Position numbers and translations under genes: made by a program
Part shown: positions 8,647 through 20,300 of the stretch, piece by piece
How the letters are laid out: the number at the start of each line of letters is the position of its first letter
How positions within the stretch are numbered: position 1 is the stretch's first letter
Notes under the pieces: generated by a model
What the model was told of the DNA's origin: nothing
The model's database searches: none
The model's input: only the letters and a program-made list of their open reading frames with translations
DNA from: a virus
Reading direction: 5' to 3' (one strand)
Length of the DNA stretch: 64,000 nucleotides
IMG/VR virus record: IMGVR_UViG_3300034071_000380
Span: 1 to 64,000 of that record

Positions 8647-10883
8647 TATTCCCAGCTCACAATCCCAGTAGTCCACACATTTGTATCTATTGAACTAACT
8701 GTTGGCTTATGTGATGCTGGCGTTGTGCCGAGGGCGCCTCTTTTTTTAACACGATACTTTCCAGTAGGCTGAAAATATTTAGATTCAGATCTTGCTAAGT
8801 ATCTATACTGATTTAAATCTGTTGAAGATTCAATCCATACATTTTCTTCGTCTACGCCAACAACACCATCTTTTGGTAAGTATCTGTATTCAATAGCATC
8901 GAACTCTATTATCTCAGAGTTAATTAAAAAATATCCATCAAAATTAAATACTGATTGAAGCTCACTATATTTATCTATTGTTGATAAATCTAAAACTAAA
9001 GGAGTATCTTCTGCTGGAGTGGTTGCTAAAATTTCATTCTTTAGTCCGCCTGCTGTTAAGTATGTTTCTGAAGACTGCCACAAGGCAGCGCTTTGTCCTA
9101 CATAACTTGAATTTGTTGGAGTGCTCCATAAAACTCTGACTTGGTTTGCGGAAGGAATTTCTTTTTGAGACATAGAAATAATATTTGGAAGGTTTGATCC
9201 TGAAGCGGAATCACGAAAATTCCATGATGAAGATCTAGCTGTATCATATATATATTCTCTACTGTAAAACTGTAAAGTTCCGTTGTCATCCATAAAAGCA
9301 TTCATTTGAATATCTCTACACAGCTCTTGTATATATTCCCAAACTGTCTTGTTGCCGTCAGTCCACCAATAACTAATTACTGGAATAGATTTATCGTCTT
9401 CTTTTAAATTAAATTGATAATTAGTAAATCCAACTGAATCAAGCAGTCTTCTTATAACGGCTGTTACTGGATAAAAATCACATAGAATATCTGGAGCAAT
9501 TGTTTCCATTAATTGCTTAGCTCCATCTAAGGCAACTAAGTTTAAATTTCCATATGAATCAATTGACCAGCTATCTATAAAATATACACCCTGATATTCT
9601 TTATCATATTTATTTGGTGAAGTGCCCAAAGATCCGTCTGTATGATAAATTATAAAGTAAGGCTTTATCTCTGCATTTTTAGTTAAATAAATTAAATCTG
9701 TAGGGGATGCAGGCCAACTTTCATCTCTATTATATGGAACTATTTGTAATGCATCTTGATTATACTTTACTGCAGAAATTTGAATACTGTTTGCTGTAAC
9801 TTTTCCGATTGGCAAAATGTCCTGAGATGAGTCTGAAGATTCTTTTGTTACTGTCATGCTAACTATATCTGATGATATGTCCTTTACCCATCTAGCTGAT
9901 ATCTCAATTACTCCAATATATTTTCCCCCGCCTGCATTTGTTGCTTCAAGTCTAATTGATTTTATTGCTTGTGGAGTAGAAAAAGAATATGGCTCTGAAA
10001 TAGATGTAGAGTTCCAGTTAGTTCCGTTCCAATATCTTTCTATTCTTCCACTAGATGGAGGTGCTGTATAGGTTGTAGTTATTGCAGCTCCAGATACTGG
10101 TGTAACAGTTATTCTGTACTGTGTTGGAAGAGAATGATTTTTCTCAAACTGTATTACAATCTTATTTGCATATGCAGACTTTGTTGGCGTTGCAGTTCCA
10201 GAAGAATTAACAATTGTTGCCGTTGCTGATGCTCCAGTAACTGCTGTTCCAGTTGCTACATCTGATATTGTAAATGTTTTTTCCGTTGGTGTAGATTCAA
10301 TAATTTTGTTTGATAGATTAAATGCACTTGTTGATAATCCTGTTATTGTTACTCTATTGCCAGCAATAAAACCATGATTAGAACTTGTTTTATATACAAC
10401 CTTTTTATTTCCATCTTGAGTTGTGCCAGCCGAATATGTTTCAATTACTGTTGATGTGCTCTGTACATACTTTACAGTAATATCTGCATCTTCATCTTTT
10501 GGAGTTACCCAATACTTATATGATGTGGATAAGCCTGGATAATATACTCTTGGCTGTGTATTTGGATACTCTACTGTTCTAAATCCAGAAAAACTATTTA
10601 GCGGGGTATCAACAGAAGAAATAATATAATATTTAATTCCAGAAGAAAGAGGCCTAAATGGTTTAATTACTGAGTCTACTGGAAACAACTTTTTAAAAGG
10701 ATTTATTTGAATTGGAGATGCTGTTCCAACTCCATCTATATATTCTGAATCTGTAGATGCAGTTACAGCTGTAATATTGTTTAGCATCGTATTCATATTA
10801 TATTCAATTGTTGCGCCTACATTAATCGATATAGATGAATTTTGATAATAAACTGTTTGTAAATTTTCTGCAACTGTAGGCAC
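8646..10883 (-). CDS. minor tail protein (tail hub N-terminal part)
   Basis: Follows distal-tail gene; TVWEYIQELC...FMDDNGTLQFYSR hub-like motif. Confidence 0.65.
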   Translation of the reverse strand: MPTVAENLQTVYYQNSSISINVGATIEYNMNTMLNNITAVTASTDSEYIDGVGTASPIQINPFKKLFPVDSVIKPFRPLSSGIKYYIISSVDTPLNSFSGFRTVEYPNTQPRVYYPGLSTSYKYWVTPKDEDADITVKYVQSTSTVIETYSAGTTQDGNKKVVYKTSSNHGFIAGNRVTITGLSTSAFNLSNKIIESTPTEKTFTISDVATGTAVTGASATATIVNSSGTATPTKSAYANKIVIQFEKNHSLPTQYRITVTPVSGAAITTTYTAPPSSGRIERYWNGTNWNSTSISEPYSFSTPQAIKSIRLEATNAGGGKYIGVIEISARWVKDISSDIVSMTVTKESSDSSQDILPIGKVTANSIQISAVKYNQDALQIVPYNRDESWPASPTDLIYLTKNAEIKPYFIIYHTDGSLGTSPNKYDKEYQGVYFIDSWSIDSYGNLNLVALDGAKQLMETIAPDILCDFYPVTAVIRRLLDSVGFTNYQFNLKEDDKSIPVISYWWTDGNKTVWEYIQELCRDIQMNAFMDDNGTLQFYSREYIYDTARSSSWNFRDSASGSNLPNIISMSQKEIPSANQVRVLWSTPTNSSYVGQSAALWQSSETYLTAGGLKNEILATTPAEDTPLVLDLSTIDKYSELQSVFNFDGYFLINSEIIEFDAIEYRYLPKDGVVGVDEENVWIESSTDLNQYRYLARSESKYFQPTGKYRVKKRGALGTTPASHKPTVSSIDTNVWTTGIVSWE

Positions 10884-10884
10884 T

Positions 10885-11355
10885 TTATACCTCTTCCATT
10901 GAAATAGATATATTCCAGTGTGCTTGAATTCCTCGTTTAACTAAATTAAATGTACAGTCTGTAAATGATACAGTATGTGACTCATATCCAGAAGATACTT
11001 GGCTTGCACCGTTTTTTGCATAGTTAATTCTAATATCAAATGTGCCTTTTCCTAGTGTGCTTTCATAAAATGTTCTTAGGTCTTCCGCTCCCCAATATCC
11101 GTCCGCTGTTTCAGTTCTATATGCAGGAACCAAGTCCCATGAAATACTAAAAGATTTTTTATCAGCAATAAAAAATTTTCTTAATGTTCCGTTTGACATT
11201 CTTTGTGTTTGTTGAATTCTATTATGGCTTACTGTAAATGGACCACGATTATGATCCGTAACGGTATTCCATTTTGTTGTTCCATCTCCGCCATTTGCGG
11301 AGGCATCTACGCCGTAGACTTGAAGGAGGGCTCCCCTAGGTAAAGTAATAGCCAT
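10885..11355 (-). CDS. distal tail (Dit-like) protein
   Basis: Immediately downstream of tape measure; RMSNGTLR...FSISW...ISMEEV pattern. Confidence 0.6.
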   Translation of the reverse strand: MAITLPRGALLQVYGVDASANGGDGTTKWNTVTDHNRGPFTVSHNRIQQTQRMSNGTLRKFFIADKKSFSISWDLVPAYRTETADGYWGAEDLRTFYESTLGKGTFDIRINYAKNGASQVSSGYESHTVSFTDCTFNLVKRGIQAHWNISISMEEV

Positions 11356-14300
11356 TAGTTTCTTCTTCCCACTCCACTCATTGCTGCTCTCATTACATTC
11401 TTTTGATCAAGCATGTCTACAACCATTGAAGCAATCATTCTTTCATCTTGTCCTGGTTGTGCATTAACAACAAATCCACCAACATCATAGTGATGAACTG
11501 CTCCACCCTTATTATATCCTGGAATTTGATTTTTGCCAAGAGACACTGTGTTTGTAGGAATGTTATATTTAGGTCCAGCTAGTCCGCCCATTGCATAAGA
11601 TGGAACGCTCATATTAGAATAATTAGATGGATTTGCATATCCTCCACTTGCAAATTTAGGAATTTGTATTTTTCCATTGTTAATAAATCCCCCGCCTGCT
11701 GCTTCTTCCACATTTTTTAGCTGTTCTTTAATATTAGAAATTATTGACATAAAGTCTTTTTCAGATAAAGCTCCTCTAGCGTATAGACTTACAGCTGATT
11801 TTTGAGCTGCTAAAAGATCTTTTTCATCTGCATAAGTTTTTCCACTTGTATATTTGCCAAAACGTGTAAACATTAAAAGTGCACCTAAAGCTTTTTGCGT
11901 ATCACTTATTCCAACACCCACAGCTCCCGTTTGAGCTCTTTGTGCATTTAAAATATATTCAAATGGATTATATCCTGAGCCATGAGCTAACATGTCTATG
12001 TCGCTAGCATTATGTCCGCCATCAAATCTGACTCCAAGATTTGCAGCCATTTCTGCTATCTCTTCTTGATTTAAAGAACTAAATTCTCCCCTAACGGCAT
12101 ATCTGTATTTTTCATCTATTCCAATTTGTTTCTTTGCTTTATCTATTGCTAGTATTTGTAAAATTCTTGAAACGCTTACATGCTCATCAGACTCATAATT
12201 GCTTCGTGCTGGCATATAAAATTCTTCTGAGCTACTGCCTCTCATGGTGTCTTCTGTACGTGCTATAGGCCTTAAATTACCATTTTCGTTAACTGCTTGT
12301 AATATTTGAGCAAGCTCTGCTTGAGAATATTTTTCTTTATCTAAATAAAATACTTCCTTTGCTAAAAGATCTTCTGCAATTATTGGAGGTGCTTCTCCAG
12401 GTTTATATAAATTAAGTTCTTTTAATTTTGCTATATAAGCAGATTCTTCAAGGGGAAAGCCTGAGCTTAGCTCTCCTTCTTTTTTACTGTAATGAAAAGG
12501 CTTTCCAAATCTTTGCAAGAAAAAGGTATCTACTGAATGAAACTGTTCTGGCTTTCCATTATATTTCATTAAATTAGAAAGTGTGCTTACTATAAACGGT
12601 TTATTTGGCTTCCATTCACCCTGCATATGTGACTGAACTGCGTCATAAATTCCAAAGTGTCTCGATGTTCTAGCTGCGGCTAATTCTTCGGGGGTGCCGA
12701 CAGTTCCTTCAGGAAGTCCTTTTGGACCAAAAAATCTAGAAAGTATGTGGGTTGCTGCATCTTTTTCAAAAAGATCTCCACTGCCATCTGTTGATGGGAA
12801 ATCGTCATTAAATATTCTTATCATAGGAATATCTCTTGGTGTTAAAGGAGTGTAAGAAGGTTCCCAACCTCTTGCCTTTAATTCTGCAATTTCAGCTTTA
12901 GTTAAAGGCTTTTCTCCACGTATACCATGCAAGCCGCCTCTTGGGCCACCTTGTCGTGCAATATTGGCAGCTACCGCTTCTTGTTGTAGTCTGACAGTTT
13001 CTATATATTCCTGAACCATTTTTGTAAGTAGTGGTGAAATTGCTTTTGTTTTAGTTTTAATAGCAACAGCATCTTTTGTATTGCCACGCATTGCAGAAAT
13101 TAATTGTGCAAGCCCTGCTGGATCTAGTGACTCTGAAAGCTCTGGCCTTCTAAGGCCAAAAAGATGTGGGGATGCTAAATCTTGTGGATCAACATTTTTT
13201 AAATTTATGCTACCTGATGCTAGCATATTCATTAAAAATTCTTTTACATCTTTATCGCCCCATTGGTATCCTGAATTCATTTTATCTAATAAGCTTTTAG
13301 CTTTTTTGTGGTTTGGATCTTTTTTCAAAATATAAGATAGGATTCCTTCTGGTGTTGTAGGAATAATATCAGTTACTTGATGGCTTGCTAATAATGAGCT
13401 TAAATTTTCAGTAAGACCTTGAAAAACAACTGCGTCATTTCCAAAAGCGTTTCCTGAATACACTGGTACATTTTTTCCTTCATGAATTACAAATGGCGGG
13501 TAAACATTATTTGGCTTAAAATCATCTGCAGACATTTTTATTTGTGGCTTTTGAATCATTGAAGATATTTTGTTTTCAGCAAATGGTCTTGCTGCGCCGA
13601 TCATTGCTGCAGTTATAGCATTAGATGTAAACTGTGGAACTGCTGATGTTGCATACGGTATAGAACCCTTTGGAAGAAGAGAGCCTAATCCAGGAAGTCC
13701 TTTTGATAATCCATATCCTTCAGCTAGTCCTCTTATCGAAGCGTTTCCAGCTGCCGCTGGCAATAAGAATGAACCAAAATCTAATCCAACTTGTGCAGCA
13801 ATTTCTGGAATTACAGATGTAACTCCTTGTTGTTTTATTTTTTCTTGTTGTGATTTTAATCCTTCTATATTTGTAGAAGCAATTGGGTTTGTACCAGTAA
13901 ACGCTGCTTGTACTCTGTCTAAAGATAATATTGCTGGAAATAAAAAGTTGTCATAAATCTTTTGAGCAACAGATTTTGGAGCTTTATAATTACTTGCCAT
14001 GTGTCCAGCAGGCAAACGTCTGCGACCTGATCTTCTACCTGATGAAGATTCCATTTTTTGTTTTAGGGCAGCTGATACAGAGCCCATTGATGACATTCCC
14101 ATTGCATGTGGGGCACTTGAATGAGTGTGTCCTACTGGACCACCAGCATGGAACATAAGTCGGCTTGGTCCATAATCAGACAAAGGATTTATGACTCTTC
14201 CGCCGCCTGCAAACATCAATGGACCTAGTCCGTAGGCACCGCTTCCAATGCCTCCCATAGAGGCTCCAGAGCCTGCCAGACGCATAGGATCTCTATCTAC

Positions 14301-17300
14301 ACCCATTCCTGGGCTTGTAAATGGTTTGCGTGGCTGCTCAGCCATCTGATGCATGTAATCTGAGTGTTGTGGAACATTTCCACTAAATTTAAGTCCTGGA
14401 ATTTCTGTTCCGCCCCATATATCCATACCTGGACTACGTGGCCCAATAAACCTAGAAAGCTCTCCCCAATATTGTCCAAAAGGATTTCCTATAGGCTTTC
14501 CAGATCTTGAATAAGGAACACCTGGTTTCTTTTGTCTTGGTACAGTTAAAGGTCCATTTATCCAATTTCCAGAATCAGTCAATGAGTTTACAACTTTTCC
14601 ACCTTGTGCAAACTTCTTTATATTAACCTTTGTGCCTGCAAAAATTCTTGATCCACCCATATATTTTGGATCATTTAGCTGTGGATTCATTTCCATTAAT
14701 TGCTTGACGCTAATTCCATACTTTGCAGCAATTGCAGATAATGTATCTCCTCTGCCTACTGTGTATCTATCATTTTCATAATCTGACTTAGCATCATCTG
14801 CGCTGTAATATTCTGGTGTGCCATATCCATATTTAATAGTATCTACTGGCTTATATGAAGGTCTTCCAAATCCTACAATTGGAGCATTCTTCATATTGTA
14901 TTGTCTTACTTTTGCAAGTACTCCGCCGCCGCTTCTTTGACTTCCAGAACCAGATGTATTTCCTTCTATAGTTGAAACTGCATTCTTGCTTAAAACTTTT
15001 CTTACTAGTCCTACGTGAGAGATTCTATTGACGCCGTCTCCTGGGAAATCCATAAAGGCTAGATCTCCACGAAGTGGACTCATTGTTGTCCACTTGCCGC
15101 TCTTCCTAAATGATTGAGCTCCACCAGGAGTCCATATCATGCTTGCTAAATCTACTCCAGATTTTTTTGCCGCCCAATTTATAAATGCACCACACCATGC
15201 AATAAATCTAGTTTTTAAATCATAAGCTTTTTGTGCAAAGCTTCCAAATATTGTGTCGTTGCCTCTTCCTTCTTTATAACCCAACATAGACTCTGCTGTT
15301 TTAATCATTGAGTCTGCTGTGCCCATTTTAGTTACCTTGCCGCCATTAGCAAATCTGCCAGCGTTTAGGTTATCAAGAAAATCTGGACCAAGGTTTCTGC
15401 TTGCCTTCTCAACTGAAGAGGCTTTAATTACATATTCACCATCTGAAAGATATGCTGGGATAGAGTCAGATGTTGAAGTGCCTGGACCCATTACGTCCCC
15501 GCCTGGAGCGTAGTGTTTTACAGCCCCACCTTGTGCAAAAGTAAAGTTACTTCCTGGGTTGTCGTATCCTGGGTTATACCATCTTCCAACAAGTTTATTA
15601 TTTTTTAAAACATCGCCATTCTTTTTATATAAATATCCACCCTGATTTAAATCTTTAATTGGCCCCAACATTTCTAAACTTTGTCCGCCTCCATATGTTG
15701 GATGCACAAATGATTGATTTGATCCAGCAGGTCCACCTACTGGAACTGGCATAACACGAGCTTGCTCTCTTGTGTACTTAACTCCAGTTGAACGATTTTG
15801 AAATCCTCCAGTAGCGGGGTCAAAAGATAATCTAGCTCCTGATGTTGGCGTAGGAGTTCCAGACAGTATTTTCTTTAGTAATCCCAAAACTTCTGTATCT
15901 GATGTTTTAAGTTCTCCCTTTTCGTTGTAAATTGCTTTACCAAATGCTGACTTAGCTATTTCCTCTATGCCACTTGGATTTGGAACAAATCTGCTTCCTA
16001 CATAGCTACCGCCTCCACCAGATAGAGATCTTGCTATGTCTTTATATCCAGCTTTTTCTAAATCAGATATAAGCAGATTAAGTCTATCTTTCTCTGTTGG
16101 ACTTAATTCACCATCTGTTGCAGAAGTTGTTAGTGCAAGGAGCTCTGTGAGCAACGAGCTAAGATTTTCAACTTTTGCGTTTGCTGCATCAGCTGTCTTT
16201 TTTGCTGAATCTACTTTATTCTGAAGTCCATCAATTCTTGCATTAAGTGCATCAATTAATGATTGCTCTGCTGCAATATCTTGTTCAGCTTTTAAATCAA
16301 TTGCTCTCTTTGCTAAAGTAACTTGCTGAGATCCAACTAACTGTTGAATTGCAATTTGTGCTTGTGCTGCACCAGACATATCTCCAGCAGCTAATTTGTC
16401 TTGATACTCAAGCTGCTTTGCTTTAATTCTAAGATTAATATCTTCATCTGCATTTTCTTCATCTAAAGCTTTCTTTCTTGCGTCCGCTTCTTCTTTTATT
16501 TTTTGAATCTTTTTATTATGTAATTCAATTTCTTTACGAAGAGCCTTAGCTGAAAGTTCTGCGTTTTGAATAATTTGTTCTGCATTTGTTTTTGAAACCT
16601 TTGCCATATCTTTTACAATTTGTGAATATGGACCAGATTTTAATGCTTCTCTTTGTTTTTCAATTATTATAGAAAGAGCTTCAGCGGCTGCTGGCCCCAT
16701 ATTTACAAAATCTAAAGCTATTCCAGATGTAGAAAGTCTAACTTTTGCCATAATGCTTGCTAAAGTATCTGTTGTGTTTAGAAGCCTATTCATCTCCGCA
16801 TTTTGCTTTACTATAGCATTGACACCCTCAATTCCAATTGCTACATTTCCACTAGATGTTGCCTTTATCTGCTTTAATATTTCCTGATAAGATTCTGAAG
16901 AAGTTATAAGTTTGCCATTTTTATCTTTTGTATTCTCAATTGAATCTGCTAAATTATTATAAGCATTTAATGCGGTATCCAAGGACTTGCTTAGCTGGTC
17001 TGTATTTCCATTTTTAATTACATTATTAAATGTTTCCAGGGTAGACTTTGCAGCAGAAGCTTTATCTGTAATAGTTCCAAAACCTTTATCTCCTAATACT
17101 GACAAAGCCTGGGCTGATTTATTTGAAATTGAAATTAATGCATATATTAATTCATTTGCATTTTCTACAGACATCCCGCTTGATACAAACATGGCTTTTA
17201 GTTGAGTTGCTTTCTGTGCCAACTCTTGCTCAGATGCTACATTTAGCATTTTAAGTTCTGTTGGTAACTGTTCCTTAGCTTGCTTTTTTAGTTCATCAAA

Positions 17301-20300
17301 TTCTTTTACAGTTATATCTATTCCTTGACCAGGAGCTTTTGTTGTAGTATATTTAAATGCTGCCGCCGCTGCATTTCTTAATTCAATTTCCTTTTTGTTT
17401 TTTTCTATAGATGAAGTTAAAGTTTTATAGTTAAGATTTAGCTTTTTTACAGTTTCTTCTTCTAGGCCAAAAGCGGAGTCAATTATTCTTCGTCTCTCAT
17501 TAATTTTGTCATTAATGGTTTTTATTGCAACTCCTACACCAAGTAAGACAGCTATTAATTTGACTGGCCCAGGCATTTTTGTAAAAAGTTGAAATGCTTT
17601 TGTTAATAAAGTTGTTTGAGTTCTTGCTGTTCCTGCAGCCTTAGACATAAGGAACATGTCTGTTGCCATTTGACCAACCATGTATCCGCCCATTTGCCCA
17701 ATACCGCCAAACATTCTGCCGCCAACTTGACTTAATCCAAATCCAGCAGCCTGCCCTAGAAGCATTGACTTCATGTATCCAGATGCTCCAATTCTTGGCT
17801 GAACAATTCTTTGTTCGTTTTCTTCCGCAAAGTATTGAACTCCAGGAACTACCCCGCCCTTTGAGAATCCAGGAATAATTCCACCAGACATTTTTGGAAC
17901 AAATATTTCTGGGCCATTCTCTCCAACCAAATATGGTCTACCACCAGTAACTGGTCCTCCGCCTGCACGAGCACCATCAACAACTGTCTCTAATTGTATC
18001 TTGCCATCTCCTGCATTAACAATTCTAAACTTACCACCAAAGATTGATTCTTGTTCTGACCTTGAATTATGTCCAGCTACCTTTTGTCCAAATGGCGCTG
18101 AGAATCTTGCATCTGGGAAAATATCTGATGCTGGAACAACATTTCTATTTCTTACAATTGCTTCTAACAGAATAGCTTTTTGGTCTCCTGGAGCAGAATG
18201 GCCAGGGGCAAACAAACTTGCTACATCTCTATTTTGGCTCCACGATGAGCGGCGCATTATAAATTCTCTTCCAATTAAAGGAGTATAGTCTCCAGTTAAT
18301 TTTGCCTGAGATATTAAATCCAATATATCTGCTGGCAACGGATTTGATTTATTATTCTTTAAAAATATTCCTCTGTATAGTCTTCCAGTATATTTTCTTG
18401 ATAAAGTTTTTACTGCTTCTGTAGCGCCTGGAGTTTGCAAAATGCCATAGTTTCCAGCCATGTATTGACGCAATATGTATCTGCCACGATCCTCTAAATT
18501 ACCAATTGGGAACTGAGGAAGCACTGCTTGTCTTGCAAATCTGTCGTCACGATATAAAATTTCACGAGTCCACTCAGGCTCATTTTGCATATTTTTTGGA
18601 ACCATTGTTGTTCCAATTTGTAATGGCCCATGAAGTGGATCTTGGTTTCCTAGTGTATATTGATATCCTGGTTTTCTGAACTGCATTTGTGGCTTCCACT
18701 TTGCAGTTAATTTATCAAGCTTTGACTTAGATAAAGACTTTACTATTCTTCCAACCATGTTGGTTCCAAAGTTTTGTATGATCCCGCCCATATTTTTTCT
18801 TTGTATTCTAGCTACTTTATTTTCTTTTAGGGCAACATAATCTCGTTCGTATAATGCGGTTGGATTATATTGAGTTAAAACTCTTTCTATTTCTGGAATT
18901 ACATCTTTTGTAAAAGTAAACTCTGCGCCAAGCTCTGGTCTATCTCCTATAGTTGGAAGTTGATCTACTGAGACACCACGTCTTTGTGCTTCGTTTTCAA
19001 ATCTTGTTCTTATTGCTGAATCTATTGCTTCTTCAGCTTCATCCCATTGAGAAAGAGGAATTTTTGCAGCTCTTAATTGATTTCTATATTTGTTTACTCC
19101 TGCTACCTTAACAAGGTCTCTTCTTAAAAAGTCGGATGGTCTAAGGTTATTTTGGTTTGCTGATAAATTAGTTGCCGCTGTATAATCTACAATATAGTTG
19201 CTTACTAATACTTTTCCATCTCCTAGTTTTTTACTTACTGTAAGATGCGTACCATGTCTTGGCTCTGCATATGGAAGTGCATCTAGTCCATTTTCTACAA
19301 ACCTTGAATTTAATTCGCTAACATTTTTTGACTGTAATGTTCTTGATGTTTGAGAATGAAGTGCTGGATCTTTTTTAGACCTAGTTAATTTATCTGTAAA
19401 GTTTTTAGCTACATCTAAATATTTTTGTTTTAATACAGGATCTGGAATATCACCAATTTGAGAAATAAATCCTCTAGCATCTGCCCCTCTTGCTTTTATG
19501 CCATGAACAGTTTCTACTACATCTCTATTTCTAGTTGTAGAAAGACCTTTAACAATTCTATTAGGCATCATTCTGCCAAAGAATTGCATACCGTCTATCA
19601 TTCCGCCTTTATTTCTATTTTGAATTGGAACTATTACCGCTTTACCTTTATTGTATAGATGAAGTCCTTCTGGGTCACGAGCTGTTTGTTCTTTAGTTAC
19701 AACAAATTCTCCTGGAGTAAGCATTGCTGGAACGGTATCTGTATTTCCCTGACCAGGTACAAATCTACCTTGTTCGGTAGTAAATACTTGTCCACCCATA
19801 TTTAATCTTCTTGGTCTAGTTGTTTCTGTTGAATATGGTGCGCCAAATGTTTTAACTCTCAGTGCTTCAGCAATTCTTGTAATAAGACCTCTGTTTCTTG
19901 GTCTTGTAAGTTCTTTCATATTTGATTTTCCAGTTACTGGATCAAATGCTGGTTGATCTACAATTGGCAACTGTGTTAAATTAATTGTTCTTCCTTGTGC
20001 AGTAGCAACTCCTGTTGCTGCCTGCCCCATCATTGCTTCAATCTGTTGGTTTAATGCAATAACTCTTGCTCTTGCTTGTTCAACAGTTATCTTAGATGCT
20101 TGAAGATCTGCAACTATTTGTGCTGATTCTGATGCGGCAAGTGATGTTAATCTTGACATTTCTGGAAGAAGCGCTTGATATGAATCTGATAATGATGTAG
20201 TTATTAGTCCAGTTGCTGCAACTTCTCTCTTTAATAATGCTATTTCTTCTTTTGATTGCATTGCTAATGCACCAGTCATTGCATGCCACTTAGCAGCTTC

